DNA of 64,000 nucleotides from a virus (IMGVR_UViG_3300014208_000036:24794-88793), one strand, 5' to 3'. Positions 30,841 to 42,798 are shown, numbered from the stretch's first letter. Notes: generated from the letters alone by a model not told the origin. A program made the numbers and translations.

Positions 30841-33800
30841 TCACAATGACGCCTGTGAGTCGAACGTAATTATGCTAGAATTCAACGTATCGATATTAAT
30901 GTCGTTTCTATTTCTTGCAATGCCATCAAAGTATGGAAGTGATGACGTTGCCTCAAAACTAAGATTTGATGACCAGGTATTTTCTGGATTTGTTACCTTT
31001 CCGTCAAAATCGATAAACTTTGCAATCACAACTGATGATCCAACACCTTCTTTTACCTGATCTTTCGTTGTAGAGTCGGGCGTTAAATAAAATTTCGATA
31101 TTTGTCTTTGCTCCAACATGTCACGTATTTGACCGTATCGATTTGTTCTGAAGTATGATTTACTGTACGTTGGTAATCCGCTCAAAATTCCGTACTTCCA
31201 ACCACGTGATATCGGCCCATGAACAAATCTGAATACCGTATCAGCACTCTGATATGCGGTTGCATACGATCTGACATTTGGAAAATTATTCGCGCCTAAC
31301 GTTATTCCAGATGAATCAAGTGATGCCGGGCTATATGTTTTATGATCACCGAATCCGAATAAAACCTTTGAAACATCGACAGTTGACATTGATCCTGTTG
31401 TTGAATTGATTCTATCTGAATACAGATCGAGAACGCCTTCAATTGTTGAATCGCTGTCAATGTCATAATGTGAAAATATTCCGACGATCAACCCATCAAC
31501 TTTTCTTGTCGGTATGTAACTTCCAGAATTAAGCGCTATGTCGGCCTTTAGTTTTGCGTTGTATGAATTTTTGATATCTTTTTGCCTGTTTGCAGATGCG
31601 TAATGTGGTTCAAATGGAAATGCATTTTGCCAACGTGAATTGCACGTTGCATTAAACGTATCATCCGTTAGTTTCAAATTTAAGTAAATAACACCAAATG
31701 ATCCCGTGCTTCCGAACGATCCGATACTCCAAGGGATATTTGCGTAATTTACTGGTATGCTGATGTATTTTTGATCGGCTGCTAACACTTCGCTGATCGA
31801 TGGCGGCATTGAATCCCAATAACGTTCGATTGAATCAACATATTGAGATATTCCCAACATTCCTGATCGTTCCCACCATGGTTGTGAATTGTACGAAACG
31901 CCATCTGAGCCCGACGATGGAGATCCGTACGATCTTGCGTTATTTTTGCTAAATGCGCGTTTTCTGTTATCTGATACGACGATTGTCTTTGTTCCACTTG
32001 AATTATCAATGAGAAACATCGAACCAGTCATGTACGCATCAAAGATGCTACCGGAAAGTTCTGTTCCATAGAAACTCTCAATTTGATCAAAAATAGGATC
32101 ATCACCAATGACCTCATGAATTGAATTTGTTACGGTACGTTGTTCAAGCGTATCATGTTTTTCAACGCCTGCAACCAGCGTGCTGCCATACATCGTTAAA
32201 TTAATTGCGCCCGTTAAAAGTGAAACATCGTGCGAAATTGTTCCTGATGGAAGTCCGGATGAATATGAAAAAGGTCTTGTTTTTGATATTGCAACGATCA
32301 ATTTATCGCCAGGTAGCAACATGTACGGCGACTGTGCAAATGACAGCAACGGAATGGCTGCTTCTAATTTTGCATATTCAGATGTGATGATTGCTGTTTC
32401 ATATGAACTTGGCATTACGCCACCTGATATGAACGTTGCGTAATTTAATGCGTTTAACGTACCATTTGCGCCTGAGACATAAAACGGGTTCTTCACCCGA
32501 TTCAATGTTGTTGCGTTTAAAGTTGTGAATTCATTTCCAAAAACACTTCTTGGTGATTGAACAAATCCTGATTTTGATCTTCCAAAATTACTCACCTGAG
32601 CAATTCTCGTGCAAATTAGTCCGGTGCCACCGGCACCACCAGCCCCAATTGTTCCGCTATCAAAGGTGACGTATTCAGAATTTAATATGTCATAAATTCC
32701 AGACGTTGTTGATGGTGATGTCGTTGTTGTAGGCGTCAACATCTCTAACCACGCAATGATGCCATTTGAAACTTGAGCTTCGCATCTTACAGTAACTGAA
32801 CCAGTCATGTAATATCCAACTGTCGAACTTGACATAGGCATGACAATGGCACCTGGTTTAGCACCGTGACCTATGAATCCATTTGTTGAGAATTGTGAAG
32901 CGCTTCTGCCTGAAACATCCACGTAGTTTCTTAATTTTACTGGATCGCCTACATCAAATGCATGTGTAATAGTTCCCGTTAATATAAGATCTCTTATCGT
33001 TCCTTCGCTGGTAACAGTTTGTCTGAACAACGATACGGTCAATCCTGGGCCTAAAAATTCAAACGTTGAATATTGCCAACCCGTAGAACCGTTGTCAACG
33101 ATCGGTGTAAATGCTGTCGTATTGTCCTGGAACCAACCATCTCCGAACGCAATTGGTATCTCAAATATTGCTTTTTCAATTATGAATGGTTGTTGAATAT
33201 CAACTGTTACTAATTCGTCATTAGATGCAAAATATTGTTGATTTACTGTTACACTTTTTGAAAAAAACGTATTAAGTGCTAGGTTAACATTTGTTGTGGT
33301 CGCGTTCGCACCAATTAGCTGATCGCTAGAATTTGTTCTAACGCTGGGAGAAGTTCTCGCCTTAGACCCTGATGAAATGAAATTTCCAATCGGCCCGAAT
33401 GCCTTGCTATCTTCAGCGATATTGTAATTTATTTCGCTGACACCAGGCAAGAACGAAATATCACCATTCGTATTATTGCTGGGAATTGCATCATTGTCAT
33501 CCAGCAGATACGTGCTATTTAATGGTACACCCCACGAACCAGATCTTTGGTTGTAGTAATAAATTGCTGACGCTGTTGGCATCATTCGGCAATTTACGTT
33601 AATAGGAAAAGATAGTTTTAGTTTTGTTTTTGACTTAAGAGGTTGCTTTAAATTCAATCCAAACTGTGTTATGCTGGATCCAGAAATAAAAAAATCGTCG
33701 GATACGTTTGCGGGATCATTTTCATATAATGATGATTCGTTAAATGCCGTTTTTTCATTCATCGGCTCATTTGAATGAATGAACGAATCATCAATTGTGC

Positions 33801-35049
33801 CATAGGGCGTTGTGCCAACGAATAACGTGTCTTCATTAAATAAATCATGAATTTCAGACGCTAATGTTCCAGGCTCTCCGTAAAATCTATGAAGATTTGT
33901 TGGGTAGTTAACGTTGTTCATCGAACCAGTTGTTGTAAACAACAATGTTTTTCGATCATCAAATGTTAATTTGTTACGATTGCGCCTATTTGCACCGATC
34001 TTATTCCTATCTGCAAATGTTTGTCGTTTATCACGTAAACGTAGTTCATTACGAGGCAGTACTTTTTTTCTATTGACCGGTGGTGCAAAAATATATGAAC
34101 AACCTACGTTGTTAAGCGCTGGCCAATGCAAACTTGATGATAACGTAACATTATAGTACGTTGAAAATGGGCCTAACGTATCTACGTACGAAGATGTGTA
34201 AATAGCACCGCCTAATGCATACTGTTGCCTATCATTATCGTGCTGACCAAGGCCATATGAAAAATCACGGAAACGTGTAGCACCTTTGATAACCCCAATC
34301 GTCGAACCTATGGTCGCAACTGAGCTATCCTGTGATGTATTTCGTTTGATGTTTAGGGGATCTCTTGCCCCATAATTGAACTCAATTCTTCCATTTTCAT
34401 TTAAAACGACCTCGTAACGAAGATGTTTGTCATCCACAAACGTTGAAAGAAACGTATTCCATCGAACCACTAACCTACGTCCGTATTTGCCTTTATCGTA
34501 AGCGTATCGAACAGCGTATTCATTTTCATTTACCTTGTAATACGATGGTTCTAAGCCGCTTGAAATTCGTTCTTTTTTCTTGCTTGGTATCGTTGATGCA
34601 CTGGTACCGGTGCCGGTGATGAACGTATTTGACGCGATTGCTATTTGACTATTACAATACCAAGGTGCTAAAACAACGTGACTTCCGGTGAACGTTGTTC
34701 TTAATCTTGCTGGTGTCGCAACTGAAGGTGAGATATTCGATGATGTAAATGTTCCCAACGACGGATCGACAAGCGCCATCCAACCATTCGTTGCAACAAC
34801 GAATTTTTTATATGTTATTTGATCAAATTCAAACTCAAATCCAATATCAAGGATGTCAGAAATTGCGCCTGTGTGGTAACTGATTCCTGGCGACATGGGA
34901 GCAGTTTCTAATGACGCAGGACCAGCTGGAAAGAATGCCTTCGGAGGAGTATTTGACAGACCTGAATCTTCGGAAAGAACACGAGTTAGCGTGTAGTCCT
35001 CAAAAATTTTCGTTGGTTGCGCTCGTAATTCTTTTGATGTTCCGAACAT
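30841..35049 (-). CDS. Large virion structural protein (1402 aa)
   Basis: Beta-rich, in tail/baseplate operon; no family recognised. Confidence 0.75.
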   Translation of the reverse strand: MFGTSKELRAQPTKIFEDYTLTRVLSEDSGLSNTPPKAFFPAGPASLETAPMSPGISYHTGAISDILDIGFEFEFDQITYKKFVVATNGWMALVDPSLGTFTSSNISPSVATPARLRTTFTGSHVVLAPWYCNSQIAIASNTFITGTGTSASTIPSKKKERISSGLEPSYYKVNENEYAVRYAYDKGKYGRRLVVRWNTFLSTFVDDKHLRYEVVLNENGRIEFNYGARDPLNIKRNTSQDSSVATIGSTIGVIKGATRFRDFSYGLGQHDNDRQQYALGGAIYTSSYVDTLGPFSTYYNVTLSSSLHWPALNNVGCSYIFAPPVNRKKVLPRNELRLRDKRQTFADRNKIGANRRNRNKLTFDDRKTLLFTTTGSMNNVNYPTNLHRFYGEPGTLASEIHDLFNEDTLFVGTTPYGTIDDSFIHSNEPMNEKTAFNESSLYENDPANVSDDFFISGSSITQFGLNLKQPLKSKTKLKLSFPINVNCRMMPTASAIYYYNQRSGSWGVPLNSTYLLDDNDAIPSNNTNGDISFLPGVSEINYNIAEDSKAFGPIGNFISSGSKARTSPSVRTNSSDQLIGANATTTNVNLALNTFFSKSVTVNQQYFASNDELVTVDIQQPFIIEKAIFEIPIAFGDGWFQDNTTAFTPIVDNGSTGWQYSTFEFLGPGLTVSLFRQTVTSEGTIRDLILTGTITHAFDVGDPVKLRNYVDVSGRSASQFSTNGFIGHGAKPGAIVMPMSSSTVGYYMTGSVTVRCEAQVSNGIIAWLEMLTPTTTTSPSTTSGIYDILNSEYVTFDSGTIGAGGAGGTGLICTRIAQVSNFGRSKSGFVQSPRSVFGNEFTTLNATTLNRVKNPFYVSGANGTLNALNYATFISGGVMPSSYETAIITSEYAKLEAAIPLLSFAQSPYMLLPGDKLIVAISKTRPFSYSSGLPSGTISHDVSLLTGAINLTMYGSTLVAGVEKHDTLEQRTVTNSIHEVIGDDPIFDQIESFYGTELSGSIFDAYMTGSMFLIDNSSGTKTIVVSDNRKRAFSKNNARSYGSPSSGSDGVSYNSQPWWERSGMLGISQYVDSIERYWDSMPPSISEVLAADQKYISIPVNYANIPWSIGSFGSTGSFGVIYLNLKLTDDTFNATCNSRWQNAFPFEPHYASANRQKDIKNSYNAKLKADIALNSGSYIPTRKVDGLIVGIFSHYDIDSDSTIEGVLDLYSDRINSTTGSMSTVDVSKVLFGFGDHKTYSPASLDSSGITLGANNFPNVRSYATAYQSADTVFRFVHGPISRGWKYGILSGLPTYSKSYFRTNRYGQIRDMLEQRQISKFYLTPDSTTKDQVKEGVGSSVVIAKFIDFDGKVTNPENTWSSNLSFEATSSLPYFDGIARNRNDINIDTLNSSIITFDSQASL

Positions 35050-35903
35050 TAGTAAGTCATCCCTCCAAACGCAATTGAATCGGTTCCAATCTTACCAGTT
35101 GTATCAAACGTCCAGCCGCAGGTAGCACTTCGTTGCGAGGAATTCAAGTAATTTTCAGTTGAACCTGTCATCATGCTTAATGCGGCAATCATGTTGGAAT
35201 CATAAACAGTTGACGATGTTGTGTTGCACAACAATCTTTGATCAGAAAATGGTGTGATTAAAACTCTTTCAACGTAGATCAACGTGTCGGCAGGAATTGA
35301 ATTATTCACGAGATCGATTTCATCAACATGAGAAATTCCACCATATGTTGTGGAATTTTCATAAATTGTGACAACGTTATCGGTTGAATTCGTTCTATCT
35401 GTATTTCCATTTCCAAATTCACCTTTTAAACCGAGTGGATCAAAAACAATGTCGATATTTTTATATGCCGACCTGGAACGAATCGTGAATGGTTCGGCTA
35501 CACCGTCAACTACGTAATTTACCGGTATGTTTGTTGAGGTTGTGACCGTTGGAATGTTTAACGTTCCCGTTAATTGAGGTAAACTTAAGTCATATACATT
35601 TGGATACTTTTTAAGTTCAAATTTACTGATATCATCAAATTGTGTCGTGTCGCGGAATGAACTTCCTTGTCCAAACGTTGATCGATGCAACCGATGCATC
35701 GGTTCACCAGAATGAATTTTAAACATTCCAGCATCAAAGTGGGTGATGTTCGTTATTTCAACGCCTTGTCTGTATGCATCAATTTCACTTGTTGATATTG
35801 ACGACGTATTGACCAGCGTCGGGTTTTCTATAATTTCACGCGACGGACCCTCGTCGAAGAACGTAGTTTCAACCTTATTTCTGAAGAAATCATTAATGAA
35901 CAT
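35049..35903 (-). CDS. Virion structural protein
   Basis: Operonic overlap. Confidence 0.7.
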   Translation of the reverse strand: MFINDFFRNKVETTFFDEGPSREIIENPTLVNTSSISTSEIDAYRQGVEITNITHFDAGMFKIHSGEPMHRLHRSTFGQGSSFRDTTQFDDISKFELKKYPNVYDLSLPQLTGTLNIPTVTTSTNIPVNYVVDGVAEPFTIRSRSAYKNIDIVFDPLGLKGEFGNGNTDRTNSTDNVVTIYENSTTYGGISHVDEIDLVNNSIPADTLIYVERVLITPFSDQRLLCNTTSSTVYDSNMIAALSMMTGSTENYLNSSQRSATCGWTFDTTGKIGTDSIAFGGMTY

Positions 35904-35904
35904 A

Positions 35905-38900
35905 TCAATACTTACGTGCTGTTCCGGTGATCAATTGTAAGTAGATAGTATCCTTCAATGATGGACGATTGTTTTCTCTAACATACGTTTCAACAAATTG
36001 ATACTGTAATTTGTGTCTTTCAAGCATATGAGATTCAATCGTAAAATGAGTTCCTCTGAACTTTGTTTTTCTTGGTACCAATTGTTCAATGAATGTTCCT
36101 ATTGACATATCGAACCAACGATAAAATTCAAAAAATGCCTTGAAATTAAGTTTTTCCTTGATTCTGTTAAAGTAAAGATCCCTTAACACTTCTAAGTCAG
36201 GGTAATCAGCTGAGAATAATAGTTCAGGTGAACCTAGGGAGTTATTCATGCTATCGAGCGTTGAAAACATTGTTATGATGTCTCTGTTTAATGCATCAAC
36301 CAGCGAAAAATCAATAGAAAATCTTGCATCATCCGTTGGTTCTTCGCTCTTTACAAGTTCATACACAGGCGCCGCAGAAGCATGTGGCGTTGAATCAATC
36401 AATGATTGTTTGTTGAAACTTCTTATTCTAATTTTTTCGTTTGTCGACGCTTCATCAAAGTATGGTGAAATGTAGCTGTAGTCAAAAATCTCAGGTTTAA
36501 TTGATTTATCGTCGATGGTAAATCCACTACCGGAAAAATGAAAACCATTCTCACTTAAATCTATGAAGGTTAAGCTGCCATCTGTGCTTGCTGAGAGCTC
36601 TGTTTGCTTGACAAATGTTTCAAGTCTCAATCTCTCGAATGATCCTGTTTTGCTTGTTACGTAGTTGTAATTTGTGCTAGGTTCACTAACACCAGCAGAG
36701 CGATAATTTAGAACGTGCTCCTTCCATTCATCTTCTGACAGAGCTTTTGACCAAAATCGTAAATTCGAGACGCTTCCATTGAAATCAGTCACCCTTGATT
36801 CTGTTGAAATCGTTGAATCATTCAAATAATAACTTCCCGTTGAAATTGTTTGATTTTGTCCTACGACTAAAAATGATCCCGATGAACTTAATGTTGATTT
36901 CTTTCTGAATGCGTTATCCTCACCTGATGGACACTCATTAAAAAATGATGATGTCGAAATGTAATTTTCTAATTCACCGGCTGTTTGATTGCTAACACGC
37001 AAAAAATACGATGATGAAATTATTGAATCTATGGAATCATTCCTCTCACAACCGAATGATACGCTCCATTTTTGTGAATCAAAAAATGCTCCGTCAGGTA
37101 AACTCATTGTCATAAACAACGTAGGTGATGAAGCAGTCGTACCTGGGCGGCAATACAACATTAATTTTGGATCGATCGATGATGAAACGATAAGGAGATT
37201 TGCAACCAGTCCAAATGAACTTGATAATGTTCCTGTGACGCACAACCTAACCAAACTTTGTGTAGCACTCGTCATGAGCGATCGTTGAATTGGGTTGTAT
37301 TTGTACGTTGCTTCTAACGACCACGATCCTGACGTTAACAGACCGTCATCAACATTGTTTGAAATTCCGTGCGGCGGAAATAATGTTTGCTGTGTGAAAG
37401 TACCAGCTTGTGTTGGATAGCCAACCTCGATACGTGAAGCTGACAGGAATGGTGAGACAGCTAACGATGATGTTATGAATTCTACCATTGAGCCGATATC
37501 ACGTTTAGATTCACGTGAGTTATCGAGTTGTTTAACGGTTGGTCCTCCAAATTCTCTTATTCTTAGACTGTTGTCTGGGTCGATACCAACAGCTCTGAGA
37601 AATGACTTGATACTGTGCTGCGTTCCCTTTGATCTGATTACGTCTGGTATATTGATCAGAACTCGTCTTAGAATTTCGTTCTGAACGTATTTCAATGAAT
37701 GTTCATTTGTGCTGATTTCCTTATCAACATTTTCTGCCAACGAATACTGTTCGACCGTTGAATCGTTAAACATCGGTGGAAGATTAAATCCATAATGCTT
37801 AACAAGATCATGCAAGAAATTATCAGGTGCACTATCGTATCGATCGTACGTAACGGTTCGTAGCGTGCTGAATGAATCAGCATATAATTTCATCTCATCA
37901 AAAAATTTCGCCCAAATGTACAACAACGATAGTACGACCTGAACATCACCTAGTTGACCTTCACCAGGAATTCCTTCACCACCGTATGCATTTCCACCGT
38001 CACCGCCCGGTTCAGAAAATCCATCAAAAAGAGCACCATCAAGAAGATAGTGTTGAGGAACCAACCTTGTTATGAGGTTCATATTTGCGGCATCGTACAC
38101 AGTTGCTGATGCCAATAGTTCGACGTTCAAATCGATAACATCTAGATATCCCGGGAATAGAACTGGTACGGTTTCATCCTTTTCATAAATCATTAACGAT
38201 GATTCATCCAAGGCTGCATCCTGTCTAAGGCTAGAAGTTATTGAACCTGTTGCATCCAAACCAGCGTACGTTAGAAAATTTGTTATCGTTGAATGAAGCG
38301 AATTTCCTGAACTATCGATCACTATCGCATTGACCTGTTCGTTAGCATTTGATGATAAACGCTCAGGTTCATTAAATTTGTAATAAAGCTTTAATTCATC
38401 CGTAGAATAGATGCTTTTTGCGGCATATTGCAGTTGCTGTTCAACAGTACGAGTTTCATGAAAAACCCTAAACTCATCGATGCTAGCGGAGAGCGTTTGA
38501 GTTGGTGTTCTTGTTGTAGCACCTAAAACAATTGTCGTTCCACTTCCTATCAGGAAATTTGTTCCATTGATTCCAAGATCCCCAAAGACTGTCTTATTTG
38601 TTGAGGTTGCAATTCTTACGGAATTTTTGAAAAATTCAAGATAATGAACCCCTTCGTCCTTGTTTAATGTCAAGCACACATGATTAAAAGAGCCCTTTGA
38701 AAGAGGCGCTTCAACAAACAAATTTGAAGAACCAGAAACAACACTAAAAACCGAATCTATGGATGACGTTGATGATGTAGGAAGCAGATGGAATGCGAAT
38801 CCATTGAGCGTTCCAGATAACATTTGGAAAACTGTTTGTGTTCCAAGCGTTTGTTCTGCTGGCACGTAAATTTGAAATTCGACGCTTAACGATAGATCTT

Positions 38901-39396
38901 GAGGATTCAATATCGATTCACCTGTTTTATTTTTTGATAATTCAGGGTACAATGATCCTGCGATATCTTTTACAACGATATAGCTACCGTACGAAGGTCC
39001 AGTTTCAGAGAGAGCACTTCCGGTAAAATGTAGTTGACCATGATATTTTGGAAATTGATCAAATATCCAACGTTCATAACCAGTCAAATTATCGAAGTAA
39101 AGTTCGACTTCTTCCTGCGTTCCATCGAACGGAAATCCATTGATTACATTTTCAAAAGCAATGTTTACCTTTGCTTCTGCGGACATAAAAAATGTGTGAT
39201 TTTCAAATTTTGACCAATCAACATTCAACTGCTGTGTTGATTTAAGCGGTGCATTTGAAACATCATATTTGAATGACGATGTGCTTAAAATGTTTGAATT
39301 TTTTACGTCACTGAACGTCAGTTGAACAGGTCTATTACCTTCAAGAGCCGATCGTAAAAACGAAGGTATGTACGGTGAAGGTTTGCCTATTGTCAT
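35905..39396 (-). CDS. Baseplate/tail protein with LamG-like domains
   Basis: IDEFRVFH, LKLYYKFNE, NLRFWSKALSE; phage-tail-like LRAVGID segment. Confidence 0.75.
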   Translation of the reverse strand: MTIGKPSPYIPSFLRSALEGNRPVQLTFSDVKNSNILSTSSFKYDVSNAPLKSTQQLNVDWSKFENHTFFMSAEAKVNIAFENVINGFPFDGTQEEVELYFDNLTGYERWIFDQFPKYHGQLHFTGSALSETGPSYGSYIVVKDIAGSLYPELSKNKTGESILNPQDLSLSVEFQIYVPAEQTLGTQTVFQMLSGTLNGFAFHLLPTSSTSSIDSVFSVVSGSSNLFVEAPLSKGSFNHVCLTLNKDEGVHYLEFFKNSVRIATSTNKTVFGDLGINGTNFLIGSGTTIVLGATTRTPTQTLSASIDEFRVFHETRTVEQQLQYAAKSIYSTDELKLYYKFNEPERLSSNANEQVNAIVIDSSGNSLHSTITNFLTYAGLDATGSITSSLRQDAALDESSLMIYEKDETVPVLFPGYLDVIDLNVELLASATVYDAANMNLITRLVPQHYLLDGALFDGFSEPGGDGGNAYGGEGIPGEGQLGDVQVVLSLLYIWAKFFDEMKLYADSFSTLRTVTYDRYDSAPDNFLHDLVKHYGFNLPPMFNDSTVEQYSLAENVDKEISTNEHSLKYVQNEILRRVLINIPDVIRSKGTQHSIKSFLRAVGIDPDNSLRIREFGGPTVKQLDNSRESKRDIGSMVEFITSSLAVSPFLSASRIEVGYPTQAGTFTQQTLFPPHGISNNVDDGLLTSGSWSLEATYKYNPIQRSLMTSATQSLVRLCVTGTLSSSFGLVANLLIVSSSIDPKLMLYCRPGTTASSPTLFMTMSLPDGAFFDSQKWSVSFGCERNDSIDSIISSSYFLRVSNQTAGELENYISTSSFFNECPSGEDNAFRKKSTLSSSGSFLVVGQNQTISTGSYYLNDSTISTESRVTDFNGSVSNLRFWSKALSEDEWKEHVLNYRSAGVSEPSTNYNYVTSKTGSFERLRLETFVKQTELSASTDGSLTFIDLSENGFHFSGSGFTIDDKSIKPEIFDYSYISPYFDEASTNEKIRIRSFNKQSLIDSTPHASAAPVYELVKSEEPTDDARFSIDFSLVDALNRDIITMFSTLDSMNNSLGSPELLFSADYPDLEVLRDLYFNRIKEKLNFKAFFEFYRWFDMSIGTFIEQLVPRKTKFRGTHFTIESHMLERHKLQYQFVETYVRENNRPSLKDTIYLQLITGTARKY

Positions 39397-39412
39397 ATGA
39401 TATTCCGAATGA

Positions 39413-40933
39413 TTACTGCAGATCAGTTATCTTAAATGGTTTTGATGCAGCGTTGTAAATGTATTCATCGCCATTCGTCTTAACCATAATATCGATTACG
39501 TAATTACGTTCAGTTGTTAAGCTAGTCGTGTCCAAAATAAAAAACATTCCCTTTGAATCAGATGACGCCCGAGTCGAATTTTTAACCGTGTCAAATGGAA
39601 TTTCAACAACGTTATTTCCAATATTCCTAATTTGCCAATGCACGTCCCTGTAAACTTGCCCAGGCGTTTCAACAAACGTTTTAACCAAATTTACGTACGG
39701 TTTGTTTGCGTTGAAAATATTGATTCGTAATTTGCATCGTTCATCGCTTGAATACGAATTCTTTGTTTCGGTGACGCTTACAGTTAATTTTGATGAATCA
39801 AATGACTCAGCTGTTCTATTGGGTGGATGAGCGTATATTGCAGATCCCGTGAAATAACCAACAGTTCCATCAATTGAACCCCAAATTGGAATAAATTTCA
39901 CTGAACTTGATGAGATCAATTTAGATGTTATCGTTGAATTAGATGATGAAACAAAAACTGATGCTGAGTAAATGCCTGTAAATCCTAATTGGCCATGTTT
40001 ATGTTGTGAACCACTGAATTGAAGTTCGTATCTTCCACCAGAAATTTCTGTTTGTAGCTTTAGGATCAATGAATTTGATCCAGTTATTGAGGTCGATGAT
40101 GATCCGCTTGTTAGATTTGATAATGCTTGTCTGTTGTAATTGTAGAAAAATAACGAAGAATTAGAATCAATGAAGAATGAAAGTGAATCATCGATTATTG
40201 AATCATCGTATTTAACGATCAATTTAGGACGTTTACTAGCATCAAATGCCGACCGCGCGGCAAATCTCTTAACGAAGTATGAATATGAATCATCTTCGTG
40301 TGTTGACTCAAATGAAATTCTGTAACCTTCATCAGGAATTAATGAAGCGAGTGTAGCTGATACGATCGTTGTTACATCTATTTCAAGATTTTCTTCACCT
40401 GAAACAAACGATTGCGTAACTTTTAAACTTTGCCCACCTAAAATCGAGGTGGATGCTGTGATAAAATCAACAGTCCCAGGCAACCCTCCTCCTGAATTAC
40501 AACCGGAAATTACCCAAATGCCTTGCGTGCTGGAGCCGGTAAGAAAATTGCTCGTATCGTTATCTGAGTAATAAACTACGTCCCTTCCAAGACCTTCATC
40601 GAATGATCTTGAAAGCGGATAGACGGCAACTGTGAAATTATTGGGTGTTGTTTGCCCGCCATATACGTCATGCAATTTTAACGTACATGAAAAACTTCCA
40701 TTATCTGTTCTTAATTTCCCGTCATCAACGAGCGTTCTTAATGGATCAAGATCAAAATGAATCAATAATCTAGAAAGCTCTAAATTTGGTGTTGAACCTG
40801 ATAATGTTTGTCCATAAAGTTTGAACAGATCAAGCGTAGCAGCACAACCCACGTTTGCATTTAAAACGCGCTGTTCTTTTATCACACGATTGGTGATGTA
40901 AGTGTCTTTATTGGCTTTTAGAACTTTATACAT
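39413..40933 (-). CDS. Virion structural protein (baseplate-associated)
   Basis: KDTYIT, SRLLIHFD, RPKLIVKYDD. Confidence 0.7.
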   Translation of the reverse strand: MYKVLKANKDTYITNRVIKEQRVLNANVGCAATLDLFKLYGQTLSGSTPNLELSRLLIHFDLDPLRTLVDDGKLRTDNGSFSCTLKLHDVYGGQTTPNNFTVAVYPLSRSFDEGLGRDVVYYSDNDTSNFLTGSSTQGIWVISGCNSGGGLPGTVDFITASTSILGGQSLKVTQSFVSGEENLEIDVTTIVSATLASLIPDEGYRISFESTHEDDSYSYFVKRFAARSAFDASKRPKLIVKYDDSIIDDSLSFFIDSNSSLFFYNYNRQALSNLTSGSSSTSITGSNSLILKLQTEISGGRYELQFSGSQHKHGQLGFTGIYSASVFVSSSNSTITSKLISSSSVKFIPIWGSIDGTVGYFTGSAIYAHPPNRTAESFDSSKLTVSVTETKNSYSSDERCKLRINIFNANKPYVNLVKTFVETPGQVYRDVHWQIRNIGNNVVEIPFDTVKNSTRASSDSKGMFFILDTTSLTTERNYVIDIMVKTNGDEYIYNAASKPFKITDLQ

Positions 40934-40935
40934 GA

Positions 40936-42780
40936 TTACACGCTCGTTTTACCGATGATATCAAATTCAGGATATTTCACCTCAAAAATTCCGCCCGGAG
41001 GAGGAAGTAACAAACCTTTCACCGTGTTTGATGTTACGTCAAACGTACTATCACTATAGGTTCTACTTCCTAAGTTACCAGTTATCGTTTCAAATTTTAC
41101 ATCATTGACAGAAATGACACCCGGCGTTGAAAAAATAACATTTTCAATTGTCGACATAACGATCGGTTGATCAATATGGAAATTTTTGATGTTTAACGTT
41201 GACTGCAATTTCGTTAGTGCATTTTGTATGACAATGCTTCTATTCAATGACGGATCAATCAAAATATCAAAACTTAATTTTAGATTGATGACCTGAGCAT
41301 CGATGACATCTATCGCATCAGATATCATCCTATACGGATTGAGATATCTTTTTAGATTTAATTTTAGGGTATCTGGTGAAACGATTAACTTAGAATTCTG
41401 ATCACGTGAAATTATGAGCAATTGCGTTGCCAGTGGGTTTGATGGATTTGAGCGGATCGCAGCTCTGAACACTCTTCCAAAATTTGAAGGAAGAGTATAA
41501 ACCCTAGCAAGAAGATCTTCCCTTGAAACGATTCTATCCTGTGAATTTTTGATCGCAGGAATGAGTGCTTTTAAGTCATCGTTTGATGGCGCATCCTCGC
41601 CACCCGTCGCTCTAATTCTATTTGTTACCTCAACGCTTCCACGAACAACTGCTGCCTGCGCTGCTGTCGGACTGTTTGGAAACGTCATATTCAATGTCTT
41701 GATGTTTCTAATTCCATTTTTAATCACGTTATGATCAAGACCACCACCGTAACGGTACGTTATTGATAATGTCGTGCTTGTCGAGGCAACACCTAACGTT
41801 TTTGTCTGCAACAATTGTTGTGGATTTACGGAAATTCTTGAAAATGTTCTAGAGTAAGGAAATGCGATTGCAAAATCCGAAGGATCTGGTATCACGTCAT
41901 CCTCGAGTGTTGTAGCGCTACCACCCCCAAAAATTAACGATGTTTTTCTTGTTCCAAGATCAGTTTTGGTCATGAATCTGTAGGGTGCGGGTACGACCTT
42001 TAAAGCGTCCTTCACCAAATCACTATCACCTGCTACGTTCAAAACATTCTTGTACACAACATCATGTGTTAAAGCCTCTACCTTGTAGTAGATGTTACCA
42101 AACCCGTCAGAAACAGATATGATTTCAGAAACGTTAGCGTTAGCTAGGGTTAGTTCGCGAAATGGAACGAATTTATTTCCAATCGTCACCGTTTCAGTAA
42201 GTTCTTTTCCGGAAATTGCAAGGCCTGTAGCGGCCATAACAAATGATGTTGGTGAACCATCGTTATTTTTCTGTCCTATTTTGATCTCTGCTACGTACGT
42301 TCCATTGGAACTTTTCTTCGTAAAATCAATGTCTTCAAGTAGAACAAATTCAGTTCCATTGTCGGCACTGAATATTGATCTTGAACGTATTATTGGGATC
42401 GCTGATTCTCTTGGAACGATAACGTTGTTTACTGTTTCAGCTGGAACCTGTATGTAAGCTGTTATTGGTGCAATTGCAGGTGATGCACCAACGATTGGAA
42501 CACCACTACTATTTAACGCTCGTTCAATATTGACGTTCTCAACAGCCGTATCAGCATTAAGCTCGCCGTATTGATGATCTAGGTAAAATGACAGATTGTC
42601 ACCGACGTACGCTGCCATGTCCAACAACAAACCGCCGATGCTATTTTCACTAAGATCCTTTACTTTGTCAGAATAATAAAGTCTAGCGTATTCAAAAATT
42701 TGAGCTCGTAATCCATCAAAGTCACGAGCAACGTATTTTCTCTGCCTGACTGCCTTTAATTCTTCATGGTATGCTGCCAC
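40936..42780 (-). CDS. Baseplate wedge subunit (gp6/J-like)
   Basis: RDFDGLR, LDMAAYVGDNLSFYLD, YRYGGG, ATGGED, QDRIVSREDL. Confidence 0.88.
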   Translation of the reverse strand: MAAYHEELKAVRQRKYVARDFDGLRAQIFEYARLYYSDKVKDLSENSIGGLLLDMAAYVGDNLSFYLDHQYGELNADTAVENVNIERALNSSGVPIVGASPAIAPITAYIQVPAETVNNVIVPRESAIPIIRSRSIFSADNGTEFVLLEDIDFTKKSSNGTYVAEIKIGQKNNDGSPTSFVMAATGLAISGKELTETVTIGNKFVPFRELTLANANVSEIISVSDGFGNIYYKVEALTHDVVYKNVLNVAGDSDLVKDALKVVPAPYRFMTKTDLGTRKTSLIFGGGSATTLEDDVIPDPSDFAIAFPYSRTFSRISVNPQQLLQTKTLGVASTSTTLSITYRYGGGLDHNVIKNGIRNIKTLNMTFPNSPTAAQAAVVRGSVEVTNRIRATGGEDAPSNDDLKALIPAIKNSQDRIVSREDLLARVYTLPSNFGRVFRAAIRSNPSNPLATQLLIISRDQNSKLIVSPDTLKLNLKRYLNPYRMISDAIDVIDAQVINLKLSFDILIDPSLNRSIVIQNALTKLQSTLNIKNFHIDQPIVMSTIENVIFSTPGVISVNDVKFETITGNLGSRTYSDSTFDVTSNTVKGLLLPPPGGIFEVKYPEFDIIGKTSV

Positions 42781-42798
42781 TGTAATTTTTCCAATTCA